Shown here: piece after piece, positions 9,645-21,923 of the stretch
Position numbering within the stretch: position 1 is the stretch's first letter
How the letters are laid out: the number at the start of each line of letters is the position of its first letter
Assembly (NCBI GenBank): GCA_015486185.1
Contig: WFSC01000175.1
Location: 1-34,932, forward strand
Reading direction: 5' to 3'
From: Bacteroidales bacterium
Lineage (GTDB): Bacteria; Bacteroidota; Bacteroidia; Bacteroidales; VadinHA17
DNA: 34,932 bases
Notes under the pieces: generated by a model
What the model was told of the DNA's origin: nothing
Databases searched by the model: none
The model's input: only the letters and a program-made list of their open reading frames with translations
Position numbers and translations under genes: made by a program

Positions 9645-9983
9645 TCACAAACAACTTTTATAAGTTGTCTCCCCTGTGCCCAATATATTTTCCAGATGGA
9701 GGAGCTTAATCAGTTCAGTGACCTCGGGTAAAACATGTATCAATTCCAGTTCGAACCGGCATGATTCAGCCTGTTTTGCCAAATTCACCAAAAAATCAAA
9801 GCCGGCACTATCAATGAAATGGATCCTCTCCAGATCAAGGGTAATCAACATATCCTCTAGGTCAGGGATCCGGCTAAGTTCATCTTTCATCTCCCGCGCA
9901 ATCAGAAAACTAAAACGACTGATCCCGGGAAAGGAATACAACAGGTGATGACCGTTGATAAAATCTTTTTTTATCATAACCAT
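9645..9983 (-). CDS. STAS-domain protein (anti-sigma-factor antagonist)
   Basis: ITLDLERIHFIDSAG motif and C-terminal VTELIKLLHL helix; start uncertain (9989, 9983 or 9977). Confidence 0.8.
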   Translation of the reverse strand: MVMIKKDFINGHHLLYSFPGISRFSFLIAREMKDELSRIPDLEDMLITLDLERIHFIDSAGFDFLVNLAKQAESCRFELELIHVLPEVTELIKLLHLENILGTGETTYKSCL

Positions 9984-10069
9984 ATTCAATTTTGAACCCG
10001 ACGAAAATAATGATTGATTATTACGTAAAACTTAAGAAAAAGTTATATTTTATCAACAATTGGAATGAT

Positions 10070-11818
10070 TTATTCACGAAAACGAAGGTGGAGCTCATTT
10101 AATTGTTTTTGGGAAATAAAATTCGGGGCATCCGCCATCATATCGCGACCGGCATTATTTTTAGGAAAGGCAATATAATCGCGAATAGATTCTCCTCCCC
10201 CGAACAATGCCACCAGCCGGTCAAAGCCGAGGGCTATCCCTCCGTGCGGAGGAGCTCCGAAACGCAGGGCTTCCAACAAAAATCCAAACTGTGAAGCAGC
10301 CTGCTCCGGGGTAAAGCCCAACAGGCTGAGCATTCTGCCCTGCAGCTCCGTATCATGGATACGGACAGAACCGCCCCCTATCTCTACTCCATTAATGACC
10401 AGATCATAGGCATTGGCCCTGACCTTTTCAGGATGATCTTTCAGTAAAGGCAAATCTTCCGGCAAGGGTGAAGTGAAAGGATGATGCATTGCCTGGTAAC
10501 GTTTTTCCTCTTCATTCCATTCCAACAAAGGGAAGTCCACCACCCATAACGGAGCAAATACGCCCTCTTTACGCATGTCTAAACGGTTCCCCATTTCCAG
10601 GCGCAATTCCGATAAAGCAAACAAGGTGCCTTGCTTCTCACCAGAGAGGATCAGCAACAGATCACCTTTACAGGTCCCGGCCCGTTCTCCCCACATCATC
10701 AAATCAGAAGCATCAAAGAACTTATCAACAGAGGATTTAACAGATCCGTCCCCTAAAAATTTCACATACACCATTCCACCGGCTCCTATTTGCGGACGCC
10801 TGACAAAATCAGTCAACTGATCCAGTTGTTTTCTCGAATAACCTGCCCCTCCAGGTACACAGATCCCTCCGATAAAACCGGCCGTGTCAAAAACACGAAA
10901 CCCTCTACCCCTGGCTTCGCCGGTCAGATCATGTATCTCCATACCAAAACGGATGTCCGGTTTATCCGTGCCATATTTTTCCATTGCCTCCCCATAGGTC
11001 ATCCGGGGAAATTCATCTTTGTAATGTATCCCCTGTATCGTCTCCAGCAAATATTTTATGAGTCCTTCAAATACTCTCATCACATCTTCCTTCTCCACGA
11101 AAGACATCTCGCAATCCACCTGTGTAAATTCAGGTTGTCTATCAGCCCGCAGGTCTTCATCCCTGAAACATTTCGCCAGTTGGAAATATTTATCATAACC
11201 ACCGATCATTAACAACTGCTTGAATATTTGCGGTGATTGTGGCAAAGCATAGAACTGAGCCTTGTGAAGGCGGGAAGGAACCACAAAATCCCGGGCCCCT
11301 TCAGGGGTTGACCTGATCAAAGCAGGTGTTTCTATCTCAAGGAATCCTTCTTTATCCAGGTATTTTCTTATCTCCTGTGCCATCCGGTGTCTCAGGATCA
11401 AGTTTTTTTTCAGTGGTTCCCTTCTCAGGTCCAGGTACCTGTATTTCATCCGTAGTTCGTCACCGCCATCCGTTTCTTCCTCAATCGTAAACGGGGGTAA
11501 AGCAGATTTACTCAGCAGTTCAATTTTCTGCACTTCTATTTCAATATCACCGGTAACCAGATTTTTGTTTTTATTACTTCTTTCCCGCACAATACCTTCC
11601 ACCCTGACAACATCTTCGCGCCCCAGGTTTCTGGCTTCCTGACACAATGCAGCATCCTGGTCCATATTAAAAACAAGCTGGGTAATGCCATATCTGTCCC
11701 GCAAATCAACAAAAGTCATACCTCCCAGATCCCGTGACCGTTGTATCCATCCGGAAAGGGTCACTTTTTCCCCGGCATCATCCAACCTCAGCTCACCACA
11801 ATTGTGTGTACGGTACAT
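10070..11818 (-). CDS. aspS: Aspartate--tRNA ligase
   Basis: [44 protein letters not shown] and [12 protein letters not shown]; -7 box at 11835-11842. Confidence 0.98.
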   Translation of the reverse strand: MYRTHNCGELRLDDAGEKVTLSGWIQRSRDLGGMTFVDLRDRYGITQLVFNMDQDAALCQEARNLGREDVVRVEGIVRERSNKNKNLVTGDIEIEVQKIELLSKSALPPFTIEEETDGGDELRMKYRYLDLRREPLKKNLILRHRMAQEIRKYLDKEGFLEIETPALIRSTPEGARDFVVPSRLHKAQFYALPQSPQIFKQLLMIGGYDKYFQLAKCFRDEDLRADRQPEFTQVDCEMSFVEKEDVMRVFEGLIKYLLETIQGIHYKDEFPRMTYGEAMEKYGTDKPDIRFGMEIHDLTGEARGRGFRVFDTAGFIGGICVPGGAGYSRKQLDQLTDFVRRPQIGAGGMVYVKFLGDGSVKSSVDKFFDASDLMMWGERAGTCKGDLLLILSGEKQGTLFALSELRLEMGNRLDMRKEGVFAPLWVVDFPLLEWNEEEKRYQAMHHPFTSPLPEDLPLLKDHPEKVRANAYDLVINGVEIGGGSVRIHDTELQGRMLSLLGFTPEQAASQFGFLLEALRFGAPPHGGIALGFDRLVALFGGGESIRDYIAFPKNNAGRDMMADAPNFISQKQLNELHLRFRE

Positions 11819-11922
11819 AACTGAAAAATTTTGGCAAAAATACATAAATATTACGGGGATTGTTTTGTTAGTATTGGTTTTTTCTCATCTTTACCTTTAC
11901 TTTATAAAAAGAACATATAATT

Positions 11923-12384
11923 ATGACAGAAAAAAAAATACTTGATGACACCTTTTTTATGAAGGAGGCACTAAAGGAAGCACAGAAAGCGCTTGCGTCA
12001 GGAGAAATACCCGTCGGAGCAGTTATAACCTGCAATGACAGGATTGTTGCCCGCAGTCACAATCAGGTTGAAACACTGAGTGATCCCACTGCGCATGCGG
12101 AGATACTGGCTATTACAGCAGCCACCCATTACCTGGGAAGTAAATTTCTGGATAAATGCACCTTGTATGTTACGGTTGAGCCCTGCCCGATGTGTGCGGG
12201 AGCCCTTTTCTGGGCCAGAATCGGAAAAATTGTTTTTGCCACTGCAGATGAGAAAAGAGGATACCTTCATTATCATCCAAAGATCATTCACCCCAAAACA
12301 AAAGTCAAAAAGTTTGTCCTGGAGAAGGAAGCAAGAAAAATTATGGAGGACTTTTTCAAAAACAAGCGAACAGAAGAAAATTAA
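11923..12384 (+). CDS. tadA: tRNA adenosine deaminase TadA-like (nucleoside deaminase family)
   Basis: GEIPVGAV, DPTAHAE and LYVTVEPCPMCAGA zinc motifs. Confidence 0.8.
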   Translation: MTEKKILDDTFFMKEALKEAQKALASGEIPVGAVITCNDRIVARSHNQVETLSDPTAHAEILAITAATHYLGSKFLDKCTLYVTVEPCPMCAGALFWARIGKIVFATADEKRGYLHYHPKIIHPKTKVKKFVLEKEARKIMEDFFKNKRTEEN

Positions 12385-12476
12385 TTACAAAATGGTATAA
12401 AAATTGTTTAACTTTATCAAGGAGAAAACCAAATTGCTCCTTGTTTAGATCTCATTAACATTAATAAATCAGTACA

Positions 12477-13184
12477 ATGAAAAAAATATTCATTTTCTCC
12501 ATATTACTTTTTGCAGGCATAGGTTCTTTCTCTTTCGGCCAGATCTATTCCACGCCAAACACAAACCCACAGATCATCAATATGATCCATCGTTCCCTGG
12601 TTATTGAAAAGGATGCTTACATTAAAGTGGAAGGGGATCCTTTTGTGGACAAGGATTTTGAAAAAGGAACGATCATATTTAAGGATTCTACCAGAGCAAG
12701 TGATATTCCTTTACGCCTGGATACCTATACGGATAATTTGCAGCTTAAAATTAATGATACCATCAAAGTGCTTTCCCCTCCTGATATAATTGATCATGCG
12801 AATTTTGGTCACAGAGAGTTTATTTATTCCCGCTTTAAAGAAGGTGCATTTTACAAAAACGGATATTTTGAAGTACTGGCACAAGGGAATTGTAAACTTC
12901 TGCTCCGCCGTGAATCAGTTATACGAAGGGAACAACTTCCGGCCAGCAATTTTGGGGGAGGGAATTACAGGGACTATTTCCGCACAACAAATACCTATTT
13001 TATAAAAAAAGATGATAATCCTGCTGTGAAAATTTCCAGGAGTAAAAAAAGTATTCTCGCAGTATTGGGTGACCATAAAAGTGATCTGGAAAAATATATC
13101 AGGGATAATCACCTTAAACTGTCGAAGGAAGATGCCCTCATCGATCTGATCTATTATTATAATTCACTTATAGCTAAACATTAA
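12477..13184 (+). CDS. Hypothetical exported protein
   Basis: Long ORF with a Sec signal peptide; no recognised catalytic motif. Confidence 0.75.
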   Translation: MKKIFIFSILLFAGIGSFSFGQIYSTPNTNPQIINMIHRSLVIEKDAYIKVEGDPFVDKDFEKGTIIFKDSTRASDIPLRLDTYTDNLQLKINDTIKVLSPPDIIDHANFGHREFIYSRFKEGAFYKNGYFEVLAQGNCKLLLRRESVIRREQLPASNFGGGNYRDYFRTTNTYFIKKDDNPAVKISRSKKSILAVLGDHKSDLEKYIRDNHLKLSKEDALIDLIYYYNSLIAKH

Positions 13185-13231
13185 GCGGGAAATTTCAACA
13201 ATGATCATATCTTTTAGTAAATAATGTCCCC

Positions 13232-13735
13232 ATGACCATCGAAAACAAGCATCTTCATACTATTACCTGGCTGATCCAGCTTATCAGTACCATTATCTAT
13301 GTAATGATCATTTACTCAATTTATCTGACCCGTTTCTATGAAAATCTGACCCCGGCAATTCATAAGGATTATTACACGGTTTTTTTCGGAATATTCTATC
13401 TCGTAGCCCTTTTTTACCCCAACCTATTGAAATATCATTATGTCTATTATTCTGATGATGGGGATAAGCTTGTTTTCAAAACTTATCCCATAGGTTTTTT
13501 CACTTCCGGAAAACAAACCTTCCGCATACCCAAAAAAGATTTTATCAGGGCCGAACTGAGGGAGAGTTTTTTCAAACTTCGCAAAGCCCTGATCATTTAC
13601 CAGAAGGTAAATAACCGTACGGCAAAATACCCCCCGGTATATATTAATGGTTTACCCGGAGAAGACCAGAAAAAGATCTTATTATCTCTAACCAGGCTGA
13701 TGACAGAGAAAAGTGCTGTTATACAACAGCATTAA
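13232..13735 (+). CDS. Hypothetical membrane protein (2 TM plus basic soluble domain)
   Basis: Two hydrophobic segments at about aa 10-32 and 48-66; fills the intergenic space in operon orientation. Confidence 0.7.
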   Translation: MTIENKHLHTITWLIQLISTIIYVMIIYSIYLTRFYENLTPAIHKDYYTVFFGIFYLVALFYPNLLKYHYVYYSDDGDKLVFKTYPIGFFTSGKQTFRIPKKDFIRAELRESFFKLRKALIIYQKVNNRTAKYPPVYINGLPGEDQKKILLSLTRLMTEKSAVIQQH

Positions 13736-13807
13736 AACATGAAAAAAATCATTCTTTTCGGGAAAAACGATTCCGTAGCTTTGTCCGGATATTAAAACGA
13801 TCAAACA

Positions 13808-15145
13808 ATGAAAACCGAAAACATCGTATCACAGCTCGGGCAAAAACATCCGGGTGAAAAGGAATATCTCCAGGCAATACAGGAAGTACTTGAATCGATT
13901 GAAGACATCTATAATCAGAATCCGCAATTCCAGTCTGCAGGCATTGTTGAACGACTGGTTGAACCTGACAGGGTGCTGACTTTCAAGGTCCCCTGGTCTG
14001 ACGATGAGGGACATGTACATATCAATCTGGGTTACCGGATACAATTCAATAATGCCCTGGGTCCATACAAGGGAGGACTACGTTTTCACCCCAGTGTTAA
14101 TCTTAGTATCCTCAAATTTTTGGGATTCGAACAAATCTTTAAAAATGCATTGACCACCCTTCCCCTTGGCGGGGCAAAGGGAGGAAGTGATTTCAATCCA
14201 AAGGGAAAATCCCAACAGGAGATCATGCGATTTTGTCAATCTTTTATGCTGGAATTATGGAAAGTGATCGGTCCGGAAACCGATGTCCCGGCGGGAGATA
14301 TTGGAGTAGGCGGACGTGAGATCGGTTACCTTTATGGCATGTATAAAAAACTTACCCATGAACATACCGGTGTTCTGACAGGCAAAGGGCTGAACTGGGG
14401 TGGCAGCCTTATCAGGCCGGAAGCTACCGGATACGGTGTGGTTTATTTTACAAAGGAGATGCTGGCTACGCGCGGAGAAACGCTTGAAAATAAGATTGTA
14501 GCCGTTTCAGGTTTTGGAAATGTAGCCTGGGGAGCCGTCAAAAAGGCAACGGAACTCGGTGCCAAAGTGGTCACCCTGTCAGGCCCTGACGGATATATCT
14601 ACGATCCGGCAGGCGTTTCAGGAGAGAAAACAGACTATATGCTTGAACTGCGTGCCAGCAATGAAGACATTGTCGAACCGTATGCCCATGAATTTGAAGG
14701 GGTGGAATTTATTCCCGGTAAACACCCCTGGGAGGTAAAGGCGGATGTGGCCCTGCCTTGTGCTACCCAAAATGAATTGAATGCAGAAGATGCCGGACAT
14801 CTGATCAATAACGGATGCATTTGCGTTACCGAAGGAGCTAATATGCCTTGTACCCCCGAGGCTGTCCAGCTTTTCCACGAACACAGGATCCTGTTCTCAC
14901 CCGGAAAAGCTTCCAACGCCGGAGGCGTAGCTACATCCGGTCTGGAAATGTCACAAAATGCACTGAAAATGAACTGGACGGCACGCGAAGTAGATGACCG
15001 CCTGCATCAGATCATGGGAGATATTCACCACGCCTGCGTAAAGTATGGAAAACAACCTGACGGTTATGTTGACTATGTTAAAGGAGCGAATGTTGCCAGT
15101 TTTCTGAAAGTAGCCAACGCCATGCTGGACCTGGGGGTGCTATAA
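13808..15145 (+). CDS. gdhB: Glutamate dehydrogenase, Bacteroides GdhB-like (probably NAD-preferring)
   Basis: [17 protein letters not shown] and PAGDIG; dinucleotide fold SGFGNVAWG...SGPDG; -7 box TAGCTTTG at 13776-13783. Confidence 0.85.
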   Translation: MKTENIVSQLGQKHPGEKEYLQAIQEVLESIEDIYNQNPQFQSAGIVERLVEPDRVLTFKVPWSDDEGHVHINLGYRIQFNNALGPYKGGLRFHPSVNLSILKFLGFEQIFKNALTTLPLGGAKGGSDFNPKGKSQQEIMRFCQSFMLELWKVIGPETDVPAGDIGVGGREIGYLYGMYKKLTHEHTGVLTGKGLNWGGSLIRPEATGYGVVYFTKEMLATRGETLENKIVAVSGFGNVAWGAVKKATELGAKVVTLSGPDGYIYDPAGVSGEKTDYMLELRASNEDIVEPYAHEFEGVEFIPGKHPWEVKADVALPCATQNELNAEDAGHLINNGCICVTEGANMPCTPEAVQLFHEHRILFSPGKASNAGGVATSGLEMSQNALKMNWTAREVDDRLHQIMGDIHHACVKYGKQPDGYVDYVKGANVASFLKVANAMLDLGVL

Positions 15146-15151
15146 TATTTT

Positions 15152-16258
15152 ATGGACTTACTTACCTACCAAATCGCACTAAGCCTGTTGCCAGGGATAG
15201 GATCAATACGGACACGATCCATTCTGGCTCATGTTGGTTCGGCTGAAAAATTCTTTCATGAAAAAAACATAAACCTTGAAAAGATCCCGGGCATAGGTCA
15301 TCAACTGGCTACCCGTTCATTACGTGAAGAAGCGCTGAGAACAGCAGAAAAAGAACGGGAGTTTATAGAAAAAAACCATATTCATACGGCTTACTTTCTT
15401 GATGACAATTATCCCCTGCGATTAAAACAGTGTGAAGATGCACCGGTGATTATTTATTCCCGTGGAGATACAGATCTGGATGCCGGGAAGATCATCAGTA
15501 TTGTAGGAACAAGACACGCTTCCACTTATGGTATTGACCATTGCAAAAAGATTGTGGAAGAACTGGCTGCCGCTTTTCCTGATCTGTTGGTTGTGAGTGG
15601 CCTGGCATACGGTATAGACATATGCGCCCATAAAGCAGCTTTGAAAAACGGTCTGCAGACGGTGGCAGTTCTGGGGCATGGCCTGCATATGATCTATCCG
15701 GCAATTCATAGACAGATAGCCCGCGAGATAGAACTTCAGGGAGCCCTTGTCACTGAATTTTCAACTGCCCATACCCTCGATAAAGGCAATTTTATTGCCC
15801 GGAACCGGATAATTGCCGGTTTGGCGGATGCCACGCTGGTTGTAGAATCCGCTGAAAAGGGAGGTGCTCTGATCACTGCCGATCTGGCCAATTCATACAA
15901 CAGGGATGTATTTGCCTTGCCCGGAAGGGCCTCCGATACCTTCTCAAAAGGATGTAATCAACTCATAAAAAGAAACCTGGCTGCTCTTGTAGAAACAGGT
16001 AACGATATTGCCTATTTTCTGGGATGGGAGGCAACACCTCCCTCCAATAAAGATGTTCAAAAAGAACTTTTCCCGAACCTGAATGATGAAGAACAAAAGT
16101 TACTGAACATCATCAAGGAACATGGAGAACTTTCCGTTGACCAACTCTCCATCCTGTCAGATCTGCCGGTAAGTAAAACCTCCTCACTCCTGTTAAACCT
16201 TGAATTTACCGGGCTGATCAAAATTCTTCCTGGCAATATGTATCGTTATCTGGCATAA
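15152..16258 (+). CDS. dprA: DNA-processing protein DprA
   Basis: SIVGTRHAS, VVSGLAYGID..AH, NFIARNRIIAGL, GALITA and VFALPG; C-terminal winged helix LLNLEFTG. Confidence 0.96.
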   Translation: MDLLTYQIALSLLPGIGSIRTRSILAHVGSAEKFFHEKNINLEKIPGIGHQLATRSLREEALRTAEKEREFIEKNHIHTAYFLDDNYPLRLKQCEDAPVIIYSRGDTDLDAGKIISIVGTRHASTYGIDHCKKIVEELAAAFPDLLVVSGLAYGIDICAHKAALKNGLQTVAVLGHGLHMIYPAIHRQIAREIELQGALVTEFSTAHTLDKGNFIARNRIIAGLADATLVVESAEKGGALITADLANSYNRDVFALPGRASDTFSKGCNQLIKRNLAALVETGNDIAYFLGWEATPPSNKDVQKELFPNLNDEEQKLLNIIKEHGELSVDQLSILSDLPVSKTSSLLLNLEFTGLIKILPGNMYRYLA

Positions 16259-16440
16259 AAATTTATTTATCGATATATGAACCCGTTAAAAATATGTTAT
16301 TAAACATTTCTAATGTTTGCATGCATTATCTATCTATTTTTCAATAACTTTTATTCAAAGGAAAAGAATGATGCTTAAAATCATATTTTAATATGCAAAA
16401 AATGAATATGTTTGCATAAAATAGATTATTAACCACTTAA

Positions 16441-17793
<1,353 letters not shown>

Positions 17794-17817
17794 TAACGGT
17801 ATTATTTTATTTTTAAC

Positions 17818-17842
17818 AAAAAGGGGCAAATGCCCCTTTTTT
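17818..17842 (+). terminator. Intrinsic terminator after gdhA
   Basis: AAAAAGGGGCA-AA-TGCCCCTTTTTT. Confidence 0.85.
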
Positions 17843-17880
17843 ATATTTTTGTCCGCTGTAAAATACCTATTATATATAAT

Positions 17881-18651
17881 ATGTACCTAACAGATACCCA
17901 TACCCATCTTTATTTGCCCGAATTTGATCATGACCGGCGTGAGGTTATAGACAGAGCTGTACGAGCAGGGGTGAAAAAAATGTTTCTTCCCAATATTGAT
18001 CTTTCGACCCTCAACCCTATGTTAAAACTGGTCAGTGATTTTCCCTCTTACTGTCATCCTATGATCGGCCTGCATCCCACATCTGTAAATGAGGATTATA
18101 AACAGGTACTGGAGGAAATGCAACATCATCTGCAGGCAGGTTCTTTCACCGGTATCGGAGAAATAGGAATCGATCTTTATTGGGATAAAACATTTAAAAA
18201 AGAGCAAACAGAAGCCTTTGCCCGACAGATACAATGGGCTATTGACTATGATCTGCCGGCGATCATTCATTCCCGTGAGTCGTTACCATTGATTTTCTCC
18301 GTCCTGGATGATTTTTCTCATCCTCCGCGGGGTATTCTGCATAGTTTTACAGGCTCCGCCGAACAGGCCAAATATGCTTTGGAAAAGGGATTTTTCCTTG
18401 GCATAGGAGGCATCGTTACCTTCAAGAACTCCAACCTGAAAAACATACTCCTGCCACTGGGACCGGATCATCTGGTACTGGAAACAGATGCTCCTTTTCT
18501 GGCACCCGTTCCCAAAAGAGGAAAACGCAATGAAAGTAGTTTCCTGGTTTATACGGCCCGTTTTCTGGCCGATCTGTTCAACGTAAAATCAGAAAAACTG
18601 GCAGAGATAACCACAGAAAATGCATTGAAGTTATTTAAGGTAGAAATGTAA
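17881..18651 (+). CDS. tatD: TatD family hydrolase
   Basis: DTHTH, GLHP, IGEIGID, IHSR, HSF and LETDAPFLAP; start at 17881, downstream of the terminator. Confidence 0.93.
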   Translation: MYLTDTHTHLYLPEFDHDRREVIDRAVRAGVKKMFLPNIDLSTLNPMLKLVSDFPSYCHPMIGLHPTSVNEDYKQVLEEMQHHLQAGSFTGIGEIGIDLYWDKTFKKEQTEAFARQIQWAIDYDLPAIIHSRESLPLIFSVLDDFSHPPRGILHSFTGSAEQAKYALEKGFFLGIGGIVTFKNSNLKNILLPLGPDHLVLETDAPFLAPVPKRGKRNESSFLVYTARFLADLFNVKSEKLAEITTENALKLFKVEM

Positions 18652-18707
18652 AACATTCATGGTCAAATTCGGACAAATAAAAATAATTGCCCAAAATATA
18701 CATTAGC

Positions 18708-19745
18708 ATGAAGAGTAAAAAGCGTTCCATATTATTGATTTATACAGGAGGGACCATTGGAATGGTAAATGATCCGGTAACAGGACGGCTCAGACCTTTG
18801 GATTTTGAACATATTCTGAACCAGATTCCGGAATTAAACCAGTTTGATTGTCAAATTGATACCCGTACTTTTGACCCGGTGGTTGATTCTTCAGAAATAC
18901 AACCCGCATTCTGGATACAGCTCATCCGGATGATAAAAGACAACTACGATATATACGACGGATTTGTCATACTTCACGGCACGGATACAATGGCTTATAC
19001 GGCATCAGCCCTTTCCTTTATGTTACAAAACCTTCAAAAGGCTGTGATACTTACAGGAGCACAGCTTCCCATCGGGACATTACGCACCGACGGGAAGGAA
19101 AATCTTATTTCTGCCATTGAGATAGCGGCTTCGGTGGATGAAAAGGGATACCCCATGGTACCTGAAGTTTCTGTGTATTTTGAGTACAAATTGTTCAGGG
19201 GAAACCGGACCACCAAATACAATGCAGAAACCTTTAATGCATTCATTTCTCCCAACTATCCCTTACTGGCAGAGACCGGAGTACATATTCATTACAATTT
19301 GGATGCAATCCGGAAGGTTCAGCCATCAGAAACATTAGTGGCAGCTACTCATTTGGATACCCATGTGATGTTTCTCAAGATCTTTCCCGGATTATCCACA
19401 CAGACCATCAGGGAAATAATAAAGTTCTCCACGCTAAAGGCACTGATTCTGGAGACATATGGCGCCGGTAATGCACCTACTGACCCTGTATTTTTATCTC
19501 TTTTAAAAGAATTTATTGATCGTGGGGGGATCATACTTAATATCTCTCAGTGCAGGGCCGGGTCAGTGGATATGGATCAGTATGAGACAGGGCATAAATT
19601 AAAGGAAACGGGCGTCATTGGGGGGAAAGACCTAACTTCAGAGGCAGCCCTTACTAAAATGATGTATGTCCTTGGGCTGAATATATCTCTGGAAAATAAG
19701 AAAAATATATTGCAAAAACCAATTTGCGGAGAAATGCGTGAATAA
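18708..19745 (+). CDS. ansA: Type I (cytoplasmic) L-asparaginase
   Basis: IYTGGTIGM, HGTDTMAY, LTGAQLP and YGAGN. Confidence 0.93.
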   Translation: MKSKKRSILLIYTGGTIGMVNDPVTGRLRPLDFEHILNQIPELNQFDCQIDTRTFDPVVDSSEIQPAFWIQLIRMIKDNYDIYDGFVILHGTDTMAYTASALSFMLQNLQKAVILTGAQLPIGTLRTDGKENLISAIEIAASVDEKGYPMVPEVSVYFEYKLFRGNRTTKYNAETFNAFISPNYPLLAETGVHIHYNLDAIRKVQPSETLVAATHLDTHVMFLKIFPGLSTQTIREIIKFSTLKALILETYGAGNAPTDPVFLSLLKEFIDRGGIILNISQCRAGSVDMDQYETGHKLKETGVIGGKDLTSEAALTKMMYVLGLNISLENKKNILQKPICGEMRE

Positions 19746-19804
19746 TTTAACTTTTTTTTGTATTTTGCGCCCTCAAAAGATGATACTGCTTTTCATACAT
19801 GTCC

Positions 19805-19894
<90 letters not shown>

Positions 19895-20009
19895 CAATAA
19901 TATAAAATACGCGATATAATATATAAAAAAAAATATTGGAATTCTAAAATAAATTTTAATACTTTGCACCACAAAGATTTCGTTATTAACTAAAAAGTAC
20001 ATGTTCATT

Positions 20010-20840
20010 ATGAAAAAACTATTTGCATTTGTTGCGGTCATCGGGATGCTGGGATTGGGAGCATCCAGTCTTGCTGTTGCTCAGAGTGAGCCTAACAGTG
20101 ACACAACCAAAGTCGTTCAAAACGACTCTGCTTCTGTTGACACCACTCAAAAAGCTGTTACGCCGGCAAGCAGTGAAAAACAACAGGGTGGAAATCAACA
20201 CGTTTTGTTAAACCAAATCAAAGCCAAATTTATCGAAGGGGGTGCCGGCTTTATGGGTTCTATCCTTCTGACCCTTATTTTTGGTCTTGCTTTGGTTATT
20301 GAAAGAATTATTTACCTGAATCTGGCAACAACCAATACTACTAAATTGCTCAAGAATGTGGAAGATGCCCTTGAGTCTGGTGGGGTTGAAGCTGCCAAAG
20401 AAGTTTGCCGGAACACGAGGGGGCCGGTTGCCAGCATCTTTTATCAGGGGCTTGAGCGGGCCAACGAAGGAATTGAGATGGCAGAAAAAGCTGTGATTTC
20501 CTATGGAAGCGTCCAGATGGGCCTGTTGGAAAAAAACCTTTCCTGGATCTCACTCTTTATCGCCATTGCCCCAATGCTTGGATTTATGGGAACAGTTATC
20601 GGGATGATCGATGCTTTTGATAAGATTCAGGTTGCCGGAACAGTATCTGCCCAATTAGTTGCAGGTGGTATCAAGATTGCTTTGATCACCACGGTGTCCG
20701 GTCTGATTGTGGCTATTATCCTCCAGGTATTCTACAATTATATCTTGTCTAAGATTGATAGTATTACCGTTAGTATGGAAGATGCTTCCATCTCACTTAT
20801 TGATATTCTGGTTAGACACAATGCTAAAAATCAAAAATAA
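20010..20840 (+). CDS. exbB: MotA/TolQ/ExbB proton channel protein
   Basis: Signal-like N-terminus, APMLGFMGTVIGM and IALITTVSGL. Confidence 0.9.
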   Translation: MKKLFAFVAVIGMLGLGASSLAVAQSEPNSDTTKVVQNDSASVDTTQKAVTPASSEKQQGGNQHVLLNQIKAKFIEGGAGFMGSILLTLIFGLALVIERIIYLNLATTNTTKLLKNVEDALESGGVEAAKEVCRNTRGPVASIFYQGLERANEGIEMAEKAVISYGSVQMGLLEKNLSWISLFIAIAPMLGFMGTVIGMIDAFDKIQVAGTVSAQLVAGGIKIALITTVSGLIVAIILQVFYNYILSKIDSITVSMEDASISLIDILVRHNAKNQK

Positions 20841-20851
20841 GAGGGTAAATT

Positions 20852-21310
20852 ATGTCTGGAACACTTAAATTAGTTGTAAAGATCATACTATGGGTCATCA
20901 TGGGTATTTCCATTGTCCTGCTTGGCTGGTTCTATTTCGGGCCTGACGTACCCGGCACAAAAGGAACCACCCTGGAAGAACCCGTAGCTACAAATGCTTC
21001 ACTATGGTGGTCATACATCCTTTTCGGACTCGCTGTAGTGATAACATTGGGCTTTTCGTTCCTGAATATCTTCAAAAACCCACAAGCCCTGAAACGGGCG
21101 GCAGTGTCCCTTGTTATTATAGCTGCCCTGATCGTTATCTCCTATTTCCTGGCTTCCGATCAAATCCTGAATATGCCGGGATATGAAGGAAATGGCAACA
21201 CCCCCGGCGTATTAAAATGGGTTGGAACGGGACTGATCACTACCTACCTGCTCTCAGGAATCGCTGTCTTGGCAATACTTTATGTGGAAATTGCCAAATT
21301 ATTTAAATAA
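20852..21310 (+). CDS. Hypothetical 4-TM membrane protein in the exbBD operon
   Basis: Four hydrophobic segments; tight spacing between exbB and exbD. Confidence 0.8.
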   Translation: MSGTLKLVVKIILWVIMGISIVLLGWFYFGPDVPGTKGTTLEEPVATNASLWWSYILFGLAVVITLGFSFLNIFKNPQALKRAAVSLVIIAALIVISYFLASDQILNMPGYEGNGNTPGVLKWVGTGLITTYLLSGIAVLAILYVEIAKLFK

Positions 21311-21339
21311 CTTTTTTACTTTTAAGTTGGATCTGAACC

Positions 21340-21921
21340 ATGGCACGTAAGCTACAACCGATCAATGCGGGATCAATGGCCGACATAGCGTTCCTTCTGT
21401 TGATTTTTTTCCTGGTGACCACGACAATGGATGTGGATACAGGGTTAATGAGAATGCTCCCGCCCATGCCGGAGAAAAATCAAAAGAAAAATCAGGATAA
21501 GATCAAGGAAAGGAATGTCTTTGTTGTCCTGATCAATAAAAATAATGAATTACTCGTCCAGGGAAAACGGATGGATATTCATCAACTGCGTCAGGCAGCC
21601 AAGGAATTCATTGCCAATCCGGACAATAAAGACAATCTGCCCGAAAAAGTTTGGAAAGATATCCCATATTTCGGCCATGTGTTCGTTACGAGAAATCCGG
21701 TTATTTCATTGCAAAATGACCGGGGGACTTCGTATGGAACTTATATAAAAGTTCAAAATGAACTGATTGCTGCCAAAGATGAGCTGAGGAATGAGCTGGC
21801 CCAGTCAAAATTCGGTATGAATTATGATGACCTGGACAAAGACAGACAGAATGCTATCAAAAAATATTATCCGGCAGCTATCTCTGAAGCTGAACCTAAA
21901 AATGTTGGAGGAGGAAAATAA
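21340..21921 (+). CDS. exbD: ExbD/TolR family protein
   Basis: INAGSMADIAFLLLIFFLVTT with the conserved TM Asp. Confidence 0.9.
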   Translation: MARKLQPINAGSMADIAFLLLIFFLVTTTMDVDTGLMRMLPPMPEKNQKKNQDKIKERNVFVVLINKNNELLVQGKRMDIHQLRQAAKEFIANPDNKDNLPEKVWKDIPYFGHVFVTRNPVISLQNDRGTSYGTYIKVQNELIAAKDELRNELAQSKFGMNYDDLDKDRQNAIKKYYPAAISEAEPKNVGGGK

Positions 21922-21923
21922 TT

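Noticed and set aside
12418-12443. Hairpin CAAGGAG-N12-CTCCTTG after tadA
   Set aside because: Short stem, large loop and weak U-tract; too weak to call a terminator or regulatory RNA
17830-17880. N-terminal extensions in the ORF track (tatD, mraZ, ftsL, yebC, aspS, leuS, lepA)
   Set aside because: They run through terminators or -7 boxes; downstream ATGs match the family N-termini
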